Shown here one piece after another: positions 1-9,778 of a stretch of DNA of 64,000 bases. Source of the DNA: an uncultured Clostridia bacterium (GTDB lineage: Bacteria > Bacillota > Clostridia > Christensenellales > CAG-917); assembly GCA_963532875.1 (NCBI GenBank), contig CAUSLO010000001.1, positions 17,867 through 81,866 of the forward strand, in the 5' to 3' direction. Made by a program: the position numbers and the translations under genes. How positions within the stretch are numbered: position 1 is the first letter of the stretch; each line of letters opens with the position of its first letter. The notes beneath the pieces are model-generated. The model was given only the letters and a program-made list of their open reading frames with translations. It was not told the DNA's origin and did not search any database.

Positions 1-306
1 AGTGTATCCGATGAGATAAATCGTCCAAACGTTATGCCATTTTCACCATTGAGTCCTGAAAAGATAAGGGAATATGAGGGAGACTTTAATATATGTGTAG
101 ACCTATCGGGAACGGTGGATAGTTTTTCAAATAAAGGAAATAAAGACAGAGCCGCAGCATGGAAATTTATGAAAAGTGTAAAAGAAAATACAATGCTATG
201 CATCCCAGCTAAAATATATGCGACGAAAGAAGTGCTATTTTTAAATGATCAATATGGTTTAATCTATTCAGCAATAAAATACAAAATTACAAAATTTAAA
301 AAATGA
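1..306 (+). CDS. 3' end of a probable ABC-importer substrate-binding protein (5' end outside window)
   Basis: Frame 1 is open from base 1, with no stop before the listed ATG at 34, and ends at TGA 304-306. That stop overlaps the ATG of the next gene (ATGA). The call rests on position directly upstream of two FecCD permeases and an ATPase; the 101 aa present show no diagnostic motif. Confidence 0.4.
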   Translation, partial: SVSDEINRPNVMPFSPLSPEKIREYEGDFNICVDLSGTVDSFSNKGNKDRAAAWKFMKSVKENTMLCIPAKIYATKEVLFLNDQYGLIYSAIKYKITKFKK

Positions 307-1304
307 AGAGTAGGCTAAATAATACACATAAGTTTATTATACTCATTATAGTATCGTTAGTTTTGATGTTTATTTTTTCTGTTTTATCTATGGTAATCGG
401 ACAAAAGAAAATAGCAGTTATAGAAGTGCTTAGAGCCTTATTTAAATATGATGGAAGTTATGATCACGAAATAGTTAGAGATTTTAGATTACCAAGAGTA
501 TTCGCTGGAATATTTGTAGGGGCATCGCTTTCAGTTACTGGTGCAATTATGCAAGGCAATACAAAGAACCCATTAGCAGACTCTGGATTGATGGGTATTA
601 CTTCGGGTTCAATGTTCTCAGTAATATTGCTAATGATTTATTTCCCACATGTTTCCATATATGGACGAATTGGCATTTCATGCTTGGGGGCAGGCTTGGC
701 GACAGGGTTAATTTATCTAATTGCTTACATAGGCAGAAAGGGATTAAAACCAGAAAGAATGATATTGTCAGGCATGGCAATTTCTACATTGTTTGGCTCA
801 ATTTCTACGGCGATAGTATTACAAAATGGTAAGACAGCAGAAATGGTTAGATACATGAGTGGTAGCGTCTCTAATGCGAATTGGGAGGAAATACTAGTTG
901 CTTTGCCAATATTTATAATAGGTATTATTTTAGCAATTGCGTTATCACGAACGCTCACAGTTATGAATTTAGGAGATGATGTTTCTTCTGGATTAGGGGC
1001 AAATATTCGTACTACAAAAGTTGTTAGTACAGTAATAGTATTTTTATTAAGCGCAATCGCATTTATAATAATAGGACCAGTTGCTTACATCGGGTTGATG
1101 GTCCCGCATGTAGTTAGAAAGGTGGTCGGAACAGATTATAGATTTGTATTACCAGGGTCAATAATCTTAGGAAGCACATTTATTTTAGTCATGGATTTCA
1201 TAGCGAGAAACATTCAAAGGAATCACGAATTTCCTATAGGAATATTAATTGCTATGATAGGTGTTCCATTCTTTATATTTATTTCTAGAAGGAGTCTAAA
1301 ATAG
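303..1304 (+). CDS. FecCD/BtuC-family ABC importer permease (iron-siderophore / haem / corrinoid type)
   Basis: 333 aa, polytopic and hydrophobic. Family signature region RLPRVFAGIFVGASLSVTGAIMQGNTKNPLADSGLMGITSG and C-terminal PIGILIAMIGVPFFIFI. Start overlaps the upstream stop. Confidence 0.9.
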   Translation: MKSRLNNTHKFIILIIVSLVLMFIFSVLSMVIGQKKIAVIEVLRALFKYDGSYDHEIVRDFRLPRVFAGIFVGASLSVTGAIMQGNTKNPLADSGLMGITSGSMFSVILLMIYFPHVSIYGRIGISCLGAGLATGLIYLIAYIGRKGLKPERMILSGMAISTLFGSISTAIVLQNGKTAEMVRYMSGSVSNANWEEILVALPIFIIGIILAIALSRTLTVMNLGDDVSSGLGANIRTTKVVSTVIVFLLSAIAFIIIGPVAYIGLMVPHVVRKVVGTDYRFVLPGSIILGSTFILVMDFIARNIQRNHEFPIGILIAMIGVPFFIFISRRSLK

Positions 1305-2368
1305 TGAAAACAAATATTAGTACTATCCTTCCAGTAAAAAGAAAACAAGTTATAATCATGATAGTTACCGCTATTGTTTTATTGCTTGTATTCTTTATCG
1401 CACTTCATATAGGTAGGGCTGGATTAACATATAAAGAAACAATATCTGCAATTTTTGGAATGGGGAACAGGTCAAATATAGATGTCATATATAAAGACAG
1501 ATTACCTAAAATTGTTCTGGGCATTCTAGTTGGAATAGGAATGGGAATATCTGGGGTGATAATGCAAGATATAATGCACAACTCATTGGCATCTCCAGGA
1601 ACACTTGGTGTAAGTTCTGGGTCAAGCGTTTTTGTAACTGTTTATATGCTTGCTTCTGGATTTGTCATAACAAAAAATGGAATTAATACAAAAACAGCAA
1701 CAGTTTTATCTAGTATAGGGTTACCCCTTGCTGCACTTTTAGGTGGAGTATTTTCAGCAATTTTAATATTCCTTTTGAGCAAAAAAAAGAAGGACTATTT
1801 CAGTGCTACTAGATTAATAATGATAGGTGTTGCCGTGAGTTCTCTATATGGGGCAATATCAATGTTTCTGGTCAACATATTAGACGAAAATAAAATTGAA
1901 TTAGTGCAACGTTGGCAGTCTGGTGAGTTATGGGGTACTGAGTGGAAGTACATAATCGTCTTAACCATTTGGTTAGCAATAAGCATATTTTTTGTTTATA
2001 GAGAAGCAATGGTATTGAATGTAATAAAGTTAAGTTATGAAACATCAAAGGCACTTGGAGTAAATATAGAAAAAAAGTTTTTATATTTCGCTACGATGTC
2101 TGTAGTGATGTGCTCTGGAGTTGTTGCCTTCGGTGGAAACTTTTTCTTCTTAGGATTAATAGGGCCACATATAGCAAGAAAGATGGTAGGAACAGATTCT
2201 AGAATTCTAATACCAACTGCAGGTGTTGTGTCTGCAATAATTGTTGTAATTGCAAATGCTTTTGGATCTGGATTAAAATTTTTGGCTAATGTACCAATAG
2301 GTATCATTATCTCAATATTCTCAGTTCCATATTTCATTTATTTGTTACTAAGAAAGAGTGAGGATTAA
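1304..2368 (+). CDS. second FecCD/BtuC-family ABC importer permease
   Basis: 354 aa. RLPKIVLGILVGIGMGISGVIMQDIMHNSLASPGTLGVSSG, paralogous to the upstream permease. GTG start overlaps the upstream TAG by 1 nt. Confidence 0.9.
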   Translation: MKTNISTILPVKRKQVIIMIVTAIVLLLVFFIALHIGRAGLTYKETISAIFGMGNRSNIDVIYKDRLPKIVLGILVGIGMGISGVIMQDIMHNSLASPGTLGVSSGSSVFVTVYMLASGFVITKNGINTKTATVLSSIGLPLAALLGGVFSAILIFLLSKKKKDYFSATRLIMIGVAVSSLYGAISMFLVNILDENKIELVQRWQSGELWGTEWKYIIVLTIWLAISIFFVYREAMVLNVIKLSYETSKALGVNIEKKFLYFATMSVVMCSGVVAFGGNFFFLGLIGPHIARKMVGTDSRILIPTAGVVSAIIVVIANAFGSGLKFLANVPIGIIISIFSVPYFIYLLLRKSED

Positions 2369-2370
2369 TA

Positions 2371-3213
2371 ATGAAATTTAAAGATAAAGATAAATTACTC
2401 ATGACTGCAAAACAAGATGCAGAGGCTGTGGAAACAGAAAATTTAAAGATTGGATATAATGACAACATTATTGTTGAGTCTTTAGATATGAAAATTGAAA
2501 AAGGTAAAATCACATCAATCATAGGAGCCAATGGGTGCGGAAAGAGTACTATTCTGAAGGCAATAGGACGAATCATAAAAAAGAAATCAGGCTCAGTATT
2601 TATAAATGGATATAATATTGAATACCAAAAAAGCAAAGATATAGCGAAGCAAGTCGCAATATTATCGCAAATACCTATAGCCCCAACATCACTTACTTGT
2701 TATGAATTAGTTTCATATGGTCGATTCCCATATCAAAAAGGATTTGGCAAAATGTCGCCAGAAGATAAAACAATTGTTAATTGGGCGTTAGAATCAACCA
2801 ATTTGACACAATTCAAAGATAGAGTGATTGGAAGTTTGTCTGGCGGGCAAAGACAGAGAGTTTGGATCGCCATGGCGTTAGCACAAAATGGAAACATCAT
2901 ATTACTTGATGAACCAACAACATATTTAGATTTAAGTTGCCAATTGGAAATCTTAGAGTTACTTGTTAAATTGAATAAAGAAAACAATACAACAATTGTG
3001 ATGGTTTTGCATGATTTAAATTTGGCAGCTAAATATTCTGATAATTTAATTGCAATAAAGGATGGCAAGATATTCAAAGATGGAAGCACAGAAGATGTGT
3101 TAACAGATAACATGTTGAGAGAATGCTTTGGGGTAATGGCAGAAATCATTAAGGATAAGGAAAGCAAAAAACCACTTTGTTTTAATTTTAAATTGGTAAA
3201 AGAAAATGAATAG
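2371..3213 (+). CDS. ABC transporter ATP-binding protein (FepC/FhuC-like)
   Basis: Walker A GANGCGKST, ABC signature LSGGQRQR, Walker B IILLDEPT, H-loop VLHDL. Starts 2 nt after the permease stop. Confidence 0.93.
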   Translation: MKFKDKDKLLMTAKQDAEAVETENLKIGYNDNIIVESLDMKIEKGKITSIIGANGCGKSTILKAIGRIIKKKSGSVFINGYNIEYQKSKDIAKQVAILSQIPIAPTSLTCYELVSYGRFPYQKGFGKMSPEDKTIVNWALESTNLTQFKDRVIGSLSGGQRQRVWIAMALAQNGNIILLDEPTTYLDLSCQLEILELLVKLNKENNTTIVMVLHDLNLAAKYSDNLIAIKDGKIFKDGSTEDVLTDNMLRECFGVMAEIIKDKESKKPLCFNFKLVKENE

Positions 3214-4534
3214 GTATAATAAAATAACTAAAATTATTTTTTGTATAATGCTAATAAGCATTACATTGTTATTGGCAACGGCATGCAATTCAAAGAAGGA
3301 TAAATGGTTCGCCGATGGGATTAAAACAACAGAATTAAAACAAGTTGAAACTGTAAACAATAGAGAAGACCTAACAAACCTCATGGATTATTCCGCATTT
3401 TATTCAAGAAGGGTAAAAGCAAAAATTTCAGAAAGTTATAAACAAAAATTAAAAGCGGAGTTTGATTTAGAAACTCGTTGGGCGGCACAATATGCAGACT
3501 TGGCACATAACGCAGAGAGAGTATTGGTATACGATGAAAACCTAGATCAAGGCGATATCGAAGTGCATTCTCAAATGCCAATTAGATATGGATTCAAAAC
3601 AGGAAATAACGGAGATGTACAAAAAATATATACGCTTGATTATTTTAAATTAACACGGCTAAAAAAAGATAAAGTCAAATATCAAGACTTAAGATTGTAT
3701 AAAAGCAATAAGGGATTTATAAAAGTAGAAAACTCAGAGCAACTTTTCTATGCGACATTAAATGGATACTTTCCAGTGTGGGACAAATCTAATAAAGTAA
3801 TAAAGACAATAATGGAGAAATGCCTTGAGGTTTTGTCTGTTCAACATAGTAAAAGCGAATTTGAACGGATTAGACGTACATATTTACATATGATTAACGA
3901 GGCGAACTACGATTTTGATACGCAGAAAAAAAAGACAAAAGATGATTACAGGGAATATGCTGCATACTACCTGGAGGGCTTCTTTTTTCATAAGCAAGCC
4001 GTATGTGATGGATTAACAAAAGCATATTCTTTGTTGTTATCGCTTGATGGATTTGAAACATATCATGTTGCAGATGTAATTAAAGGTGTTGGTGGACATG
4101 CATATAACTATGTAAAGGTTGAAGGGAAATATTATTTGTCATCAATAACGAATTCAATTCAAATAACCCGAGGTGAAAGGATTAGGGATTACAGATATTT
4201 CCTAGCTGATTACAAAGCAAACGATTTTGATGGATATAAATTTCAGTCAGAAGAATTCCCCCAAATTAAAGAGAAATTATTGAAAACGAAACCAATTAAT
4301 TATCATGAAAAATTTAGCGACGTAAAGTTGTCTTTAGTAACTAAAAAAATTAAAACAGAAAAGATTTCAGATATTAAAATGATTATTGAATATGCAAAAA
4401 AAATGTCAAGAGTCAAAAAAATTAAAATTGAGATTCCATTTCAAACCACAAGAGAAGTAAGAGAGCAAATTGCAAAAAAAGAAGATGTAGAAATTTTATG
4501 TACAGGATGTGAAAATTGGGCATGTTTCGTTTAA
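3206..4534 (+). CDS. lipoprotein with transglutaminase-like (Cys-His) core
   Basis: Leader MNRYNKITKIIFCIMLISITLLLATAC followed by NSKKDK. Core QAVCDGLTKAYSLLLSLDGFETYHV...GGHAYNYVKVEGKYYLSS resembles the transglutaminase-like/cysteine-protease fold (Cys then His). Overlaps the ATPase gene by 8 nt. Confidence 0.75.
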   Translation: MNRYNKITKIIFCIMLISITLLLATACNSKKDKWFADGIKTTELKQVETVNNREDLTNLMDYSAFYSRRVKAKISESYKQKLKAEFDLETRWAAQYADLAHNAERVLVYDENLDQGDIEVHSQMPIRYGFKTGNNGDVQKIYTLDYFKLTRLKKDKVKYQDLRLYKSNKGFIKVENSEQLFYATLNGYFPVWDKSNKVIKTIMEKCLEVLSVQHSKSEFERIRRTYLHMINEANYDFDTQKKKTKDDYREYAAYYLEGFFFHKQAVCDGLTKAYSLLLSLDGFETYHVADVIKGVGGHAYNYVKVEGKYYLSSITNSIQITRGERIRDYRYFLADYKANDFDGYKFQSEEFPQIKEKLLKTKPINYHEKFSDVKLSLVTKKIKTEKISDIKMIIEYAKKMSRVKKIKIEIPFQTTREVREQIAKKEDVEILCTGCENWACFV

Positions 4535-5925
4535 AAATAACTATAGTTATAGTTTTATTATTACTGTTATTTTCAACAGTCATTATCGCTTGTAATAAGA
4601 ACAACAAAAATAAAATAGCGAAACCAATACAATCTCAATACATTGATGAGATAACTGTTACTGGTGAACACAAGTTACAGACCCCAAAACGAACTATTAG
4701 TAGTAGAGAAGACTTTGTATATGCCTTAGATTATATGAGGTTTTATATGATTTCTAACTATGTTAAGTTTTTGATTGGTAAAGAGTACAAGTCAAAAATT
4801 TCAAGTATACATTATGAGTACGACATAGTTTCACAGTTATCCGACATTGCGGAGTTATCACCAAACAACTTAGATTATTCGCAATTTGAAACAGAAAGTA
4901 TAATTAAAATAAAAATTAGAGAAGGTAAATTTGCTACAAAACCCAACATGCAAGATAAGAGTAAAGAGTTCGCAAAGAATATTGATTATTTGGATGTGCT
5001 GAACAATAAGACTACTGAGTTCAACGATTTTTATACTGACAAATATAACAAAAAATTAAATGTTGAAAATTCAGAGCAGTTATATTATGCAGTGCAAAAT
5101 GGATACAGACCAATTGTGGCAAGTGGTAGTATCGCTGAAAAAATTTACAACGAAGGGAAAAAAATATTAAGAAGAATACTAGAACCAAATATGAGCGAAT
5201 TTCAAAAGGCCAAACAAATATTCAACTATCTAACTACAGAAATACAATACGGTTACGAGATTCTAAAGGATGCACATGCTGGAAATATCGAACCATACGC
5301 ATATTACTTAGAAGGGGTTTTCCTAACGCAATCGGCAGTTTGTGATGGGAGAAGTAAGGCATATGTTTTTTTGCTCGCCATGGCAGGTATAGAGAGTAAG
5401 AGGGTTACAGCAAAAGACGATGAAGGAAACGGACACGCATACAACTATGTAAAAATTAATTCAAAATGGTATTTGTCTTGTACTACATATGGGCAAGTAA
5501 ACGATAACAGTAATCAATTAAATTTAAATAAGAGCCTTATTTATTCAAGATATAATATGCTATATACAACTAAAGATACCGAACTAGGTATTGATTCAAG
5601 TGGCAAAAATGCGTGGAAGTATAAGTCTTTAAAGTGCATGGATATATATGAAAAGATAGAGGCTAACGTGCCAAAATTAACAGAGTATCAATTTAAAAAT
5701 CAGACCGAACTTAAAACATATTTAAATAGTCAAATAGATAAATTCATAGAGAAATATAAGAATAGCAGATATCCAAAATATACAACTATGCAAGCTGAAA
5801 TAAAAGAAGGGGAACTAGACACAGATTTGATTGAAAATTTAAACACATCAGAAGTAACCCTTAGGCTTATTAAAAATAGATCCACAAGTACAAATTTATA
5901 CACAGTGATTTTTCAATTTCTCTAG
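4522..5925 (+). CDS. paralogous transglutaminase-like lipoprotein
   Basis: Leader MFRLKITIVIVLLLLLFSTVIIAC followed by NKNNKNK. Shares VENSEQLYYAVQNGYRP, YYLEGVF..QSAVCDGRSKAYVFLLAMAGIE and GHAYNYVKINSKWYLS with the upstream gene. ATG 4522 is preferred over the listed TTG 4516. Overlaps the upstream gene by 13 nt. Confidence 0.75.
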   Translation: MFRLKITIVIVLLLLLFSTVIIACNKNNKNKIAKPIQSQYIDEITVTGEHKLQTPKRTISSREDFVYALDYMRFYMISNYVKFLIGKEYKSKISSIHYEYDIVSQLSDIAELSPNNLDYSQFETESIIKIKIREGKFATKPNMQDKSKEFAKNIDYLDVLNNKTTEFNDFYTDKYNKKLNVENSEQLYYAVQNGYRPIVASGSIAEKIYNEGKKILRRILEPNMSEFQKAKQIFNYLTTEIQYGYEILKDAHAGNIEPYAYYLEGVFLTQSAVCDGRSKAYVFLLAMAGIESKRVTAKDDEGNGHAYNYVKINSKWYLSCTTYGQVNDNSNQLNLNKSLIYSRYNMLYTTKDTELGIDSSGKNAWKYKSLKCMDIYEKIEANVPKLTEYQFKNQTELKTYLNSQIDKFIEKYKNSRYPKYTTMQAEIKEGELDTDLIENLNTSEVTLRLIKNRSTSTNLYTVIFQFL

Positions 5926-5933
5926 ATATTAAT

Positions 5934-5962
5934 TTGTCCAGCATTGTAAAAAATGATATCAT
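5934..5962 (+). promoter_or_regulatory. candidate sigma-70-type promoter for the 1,244-aa lipoprotein gene
   Basis: TTGTCC (5934-5939), 17-nt spacer, then TATCAT (5957-5962) preceded by TG (an extended -10, TGaTATCAT). RBS AAAGGAG at 5986-5992, ATG at 5999. Confidence 0.5.
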
Positions 5963-5998
5963 TTAATAAGTTAAAATACATTAACAAAGGAGATTAAT

Positions 5999-8900
5999 AT
6001 GTCAAAAAACAAGAAGTTAGTAGCACTTTTGCTAAGTATTCTTTTAATTGCTGTTGTGGTTTTTTCAGTAACCGCATGTACAAGAAAGAAAAAACCCAAC
6101 GATAAAAAGCAACAAGAAGAAAAAATTAAAGAGATCAAGAAAAAACAAAGCACACTTGATGAACTATATGACTTTATGAAAATTAAAAACATGGAGTTTG
6201 ATGTAGAGTCTGAAGGAAGTAAATTCAAGACATATGCAACAGAGAGATACTCATATAACACAGAAAAGAATCTTGGATTTGTAAATTTTGACTCGTGGGT
6301 TCACGAATTCAGTATAGATAACAATGAAGTTAAGATTGGAAGAAGAACTGCTAGAACTATCGGATTTCCACATTATCTTAAGGGTGAATATGCAAGAAAA
6401 CAATTCTTCTCAATACAAGCCTCAATGAGAGATAAAGATATGTATACTATTGCAAAAATACATCAAGGTGGTTATGAGTTCAAAGTTGAAGGGAATGTAG
6501 CAGAAACAACTAACAGTAATGTAATAGAATCAGTCGCAAATTCATTAGGTAGCAAGATTCCATTTGATAAATTAGTAAAGGCAGTATTCAAAATAGAGAA
6601 CAACAAATTAACCATTAAGTTGATTGCAGATAACGGCGAGACTGGTGTTGAAGCTACAATGGTTAAAGAAGAAAAGAGTATTTCATCTGTTGATAGTTAT
6701 TTAGCAAACAATAGCAATTATGAGACTCCAGTAAAAATGGATGAAAGCAACAATGTTATTAAAAGTATAAAAGAATTAATCAGCAACAAGACACAAGCAT
6801 ATAAAATGCAAATCCTAGATTATTCACACATAATCGCTGGAAGAACTCAAGAAGATATTCAAGGTGAGAATGATTGGGAAAAGGCAACAGCAAAAAAACA
6901 TGAAATCATACAATACTTTGGGGCACAAGAAGCATTTAAATATAACAGTCGTACAAAAGAGTTTTATAACTTCAAAGAAGTAAATTCAAGAAAATTGGCT
7001 ATGTATGGTACTTACGAAAATTCTCAATTTAGAATGCAATCAGAAGCAGATGATTATAAATTTGCAGAACAAAATTTGATAGAAACTATATTTGCCAACA
7101 TGGACAAAATCAGTTATTTTGCAAAAACAGATGAGTACATATTGGATTATAAAAATATCCCAGGGTTTGAGGATTTATTAAAGGCAGTACTTCAAATTCA
7201 AAACAAGAACTTTTTTAATGAAAATAAAATTGACACGGTTACATTAACAGTTATTGACAACAAGTTAGTTGTAAATGTAAATAGAAAAATATTGGATAAA
7301 GAATCATTGAGTAGCAAAATGGTTGATAATGCCGTTGCTGTTCAAGCGATAATAGAGTTTTCTAATAAGTTAGACAATGTTTTTGAAGCGGATACTTTAG
7401 CTAAATTAGAAGCAGAGTATATTTACAATAAGTCTGAAGAAATTTCTAACGAATTGGGCGAACTTGTTAATTTAATGCAGGCAGAAGCACTTACATTCAG
7501 CACAGATGAACAAGTACAATATGATGAAATTATAAATGCAATAAAAAATAATACTATTGCCACATATGCCACATGTTTAGAAATGGAAAGTAAGAGTAAA
7601 ACACTTATAGATTCTGTACAATCTAGATCTAAAACAATATTGAAAAGGACAATTTTAGAACATATAGCAGATGTAAGAAAAATAGCAGACAATAATTTAT
7701 TAGATACAACGGTGGAAATTCTTAGAGACACGTTAGCAGTAATAGATGAGAATTTAGAAGTAGTGAACAATCCAGAAACAACAAAGGAAACATTAAAAAC
7801 AATAAAAGAAGGATTTGCAGACGCTCTTAATCAAATGATTAACCTTATTAAACCAAGGTTAATTCAAGAAACTCAAGATGTTAAAGGAATAGAGTTAAAT
7901 GATGGTAATGGATACTTGTATACGGAAGACAGCATAAAGGAATTTCTCGATGGCGTACAAGAATTAGAAAATGATTTGAAGACTGTTGATGACATGGTTG
8001 ATCGTGCAAAGAAACTTCCTATAGTAAGAAACACTTTAAAGGTACTTACACGTCAAGAAGAAAGAGAAATTGAAGGAATGAGAGTTTGGTATTCAATGCC
8101 AATAGACGTATTCATTGATTCTATTCAAGGCACTATTGAAAACGTTAATAATGCATTCAATGCACTAGGCGTTGTAAAACGTCCACAAGCATTGGAAATG
8201 CTTGGCAGATTGAGAACAATTTATAATAATTTAAAATTCTTAAAGCCAAGAGAAAAAGAGGTTACTGCATATAACCAAGTTAAGGGACAAATAGAAGCAT
8301 TAAAGGCGGATGCACGTTATGCTACATTATCAACAGAACTAAAAAGAAGAGTTGATGAGCTATTGCATCATTCAGTTGATAATTTAGAAGACATTTTGAA
8401 AGTTACCGAGAGTATGTCAACAATTGTTAAAGATGTAACTAAGGAGCTAAGTAACGATGAATTAAAGGCAGAAATTAGCACATTTATTGATAATAACGCA
8501 GTAAATGCAGAAGAATATTCTAACGGTGAAGCATATAAGAAATTGTTGGAAGAAATTAAGGGGAAAATTACAGATGCTGAAGCAGATAGTTACGAACAAT
8601 TGATTGAGTATAAGACACTTCTGAACCAAGCAAAAGATAAACTAATCAAAAAGACAGAAGTTGCTACGGATGAAGTTAAAAAACAAAACCTTAAAGATTT
8701 AAAAGAAAAATTTAAATTATTCTATAACGGTGATATTCCAACACAATACCAAGCAGAGATTACAGATACCATAAATGGCAACAAACAAACATTAATATTT
8801 AAGAATAATCAATACGTATTTAACCTAACAACTAGAAAAGGAATTTATAAAGAGAAGGCAAATAGTGAAGATTATGTGGGTTACAAAATAAATGCAGAAT

Positions 8901-9733
8901 TAGGTAGTGATAATCAAATTATATCAAGCGAAACTAATTATTTAGAAAGTAACACAATTACAGGACACCTTAGACATCAAATAGAAAAAAGCACATTTAA
9001 CAAGAATAACACAGTGTTGAATGGCAAGGGATTTACGTATTTGGATGATGAAACTGATAGTCCTACAGTTCCAGTTGGAATAGCAAAAATAATAGCATTA
9101 CTACAATATAAAGATATAGACAGAGTTGTTGCTGTAAATAATAGCGATAATACAGTAACCCTTATTGGATATAGAAAAACAAAGAACTTGAAAGTTAATG
9201 ACAATGACTTCGCATATTATGAAGTATTCAGAATGAAGGCTACTGCAGAAATTGATAGCACAATTGATGAACAAATCACATCTAGTATGAATGCAAGAAA
9301 AGCAAGGTCATGGGAAGAAATTAAAAACAAAGTAGATGGAACATATAAGGTTGAATATCAAACAGAAAGAAATGTAGCATCATATGGATATAGTGATTCA
9401 AAAACAATTATAGATGATATGATTTTGAGAAGAAACGGAGAAACTTCTCACAAATTAGGATTCACAAGTAATTATCAAAGTAGCGAAGAAAAACAACTAA
9501 AAATGAAGAATGACATTTCTGAGTTGATTAAGGATATCATAGATGGTATTAACGATAAGAACGAGAAAAATCCAGAAATAGATAATGAGAATATACTTCG
9601 TAGATTCAGAGATGTATTTGGAATTGATCAAAGTTCTGATGAATACATTGGATTGATGAAAGTTGGAAATGAACTTTTGATGGAATATAACAATAGAGAT
9701 ACAAGTTACAAATTCGCAATACAGTTTAAATAA
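5999..9733 (+). CDS. large lipoprotein, predominantly helical/coiled-coil, function unknown
   Basis: 1,244 aa. Leader MSKNKKLVALLLSILLIAVVVFSVTAC followed by TRKKKPNDKK. The middle ~700 aa are rich in heptad-like charged helices (e.g. ALEMLGRLRTIYNNLKFL, EAYKKLLEEIKGKITDAEADSYEQLIEYKTLLNQAKDKLIKK). Good RBS. Confidence 0.85.
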   Translation: MSKNKKLVALLLSILLIAVVVFSVTACTRKKKPNDKKQQEEKIKEIKKKQSTLDELYDFMKIKNMEFDVESEGSKFKTYATERYSYNTEKNLGFVNFDSWVHEFSIDNNEVKIGRRTARTIGFPHYLKGEYARKQFFSIQASMRDKDMYTIAKIHQGGYEFKVEGNVAETTNSNVIESVANSLGSKIPFDKLVKAVFKIENNKLTIKLIADNGETGVEATMVKEEKSISSVDSYLANNSNYETPVKMDESNNVIKSIKELISNKTQAYKMQILDYSHIIAGRTQEDIQGENDWEKATAKKHEIIQYFGAQEAFKYNSRTKEFYNFKEVNSRKLAMYGTYENSQFRMQSEADDYKFAEQNLIETIFANMDKISYFAKTDEYILDYKNIPGFEDLLKAVLQIQNKNFFNENKIDTVTLTVIDNKLVVNVNRKILDKESLSSKMVDNAVAVQAIIEFSNKLDNVFEADTLAKLEAEYIYNKSEEISNELGELVNLMQAEALTFSTDEQVQYDEIINAIKNNTIATYATCLEMESKSKTLIDSVQSRSKTILKRTILEHIADVRKIADNNLLDTTVEILRDTLAVIDENLEVVNNPETTKETLKTIKEGFADALNQMINLIKPRLIQETQDVKGIELNDGNGYLYTEDSIKEFLDGVQELENDLKTVDDMVDRAKKLPIVRNTLKVLTRQEEREIEGMRVWYSMPIDVFIDSIQGTIENVNNAFNALGVVKRPQALEMLGRLRTIYNNLKFLKPREKEVTAYNQVKGQIEALKADARYATLSTELKRRVDELLHHSVDNLEDILKVTESMSTIVKDVTKELSNDELKAEISTFIDNNAVNAEEYSNGEAYKKLLEEIKGKITDAEADSYEQLIEYKTLLNQAKDKLIKKTEVATDEVKKQNLKDLKEKFKLFYNGDIPTQYQAEITDTINGNKQTLIFKNNQYVFNLTTRKGIYKEKANSEDYVGYKINAELGSDNQIISSETNYLESNTITGHLRHQIEKSTFNKNNTVLNGKGFTYLDDETDSPTVPVGIAKIIALLQYKDIDRVVAVNNSDNTVTLIGYRKTKNLKVNDNDFAYYEVFRMKATAEIDSTIDEQITSSMNARKARSWEEIKNKVDGTYKVEYQTERNVASYGYSDSKTIIDDMILRRNGETSHKLGFTSNYQSSEEKQLKMKNDISELIKDIIDGINDKNEKNPEIDNENILRRFRDVFGIDQSSDEYIGLMKVGNELLMEYNNRDTSYKFAIQFK

Positions 9734-9742
9734 GAATTAATC

Positions 9743-9772
9743 AGAGCAGCATACATTATGGTATGCTGTTCT
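9743..9772 (+). other. intergenic stem-loop (possible partial terminator or processing/attenuation site)
   Basis: AGAGCAGCATAC / ATTATG loop / GTATGCTGTTCT: a 12-bp stem with one G-U pair. No U-tract follows. The ATG listed at 9758 lies in the loop. Confidence 0.5.
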
Positions 9773-9778
9773 AGACTT

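Noticed and set aside
598-3384. Minus-strand ORFs of 60-144 aa overlapping the ABC transporter genes.
   Set aside because: They lie fully inside well-supported plus-strand genes with family motifs. Their translations are low-complexity and have no start context.
9758-9778. The upstream start (MVCCSRL) for the NifH-like gene.
   Set aside because: The ATG lies in the loop of a 12-bp hairpin. NifH-family proteins begin a few residues before the Walker A motif, which matches ATG 9779.
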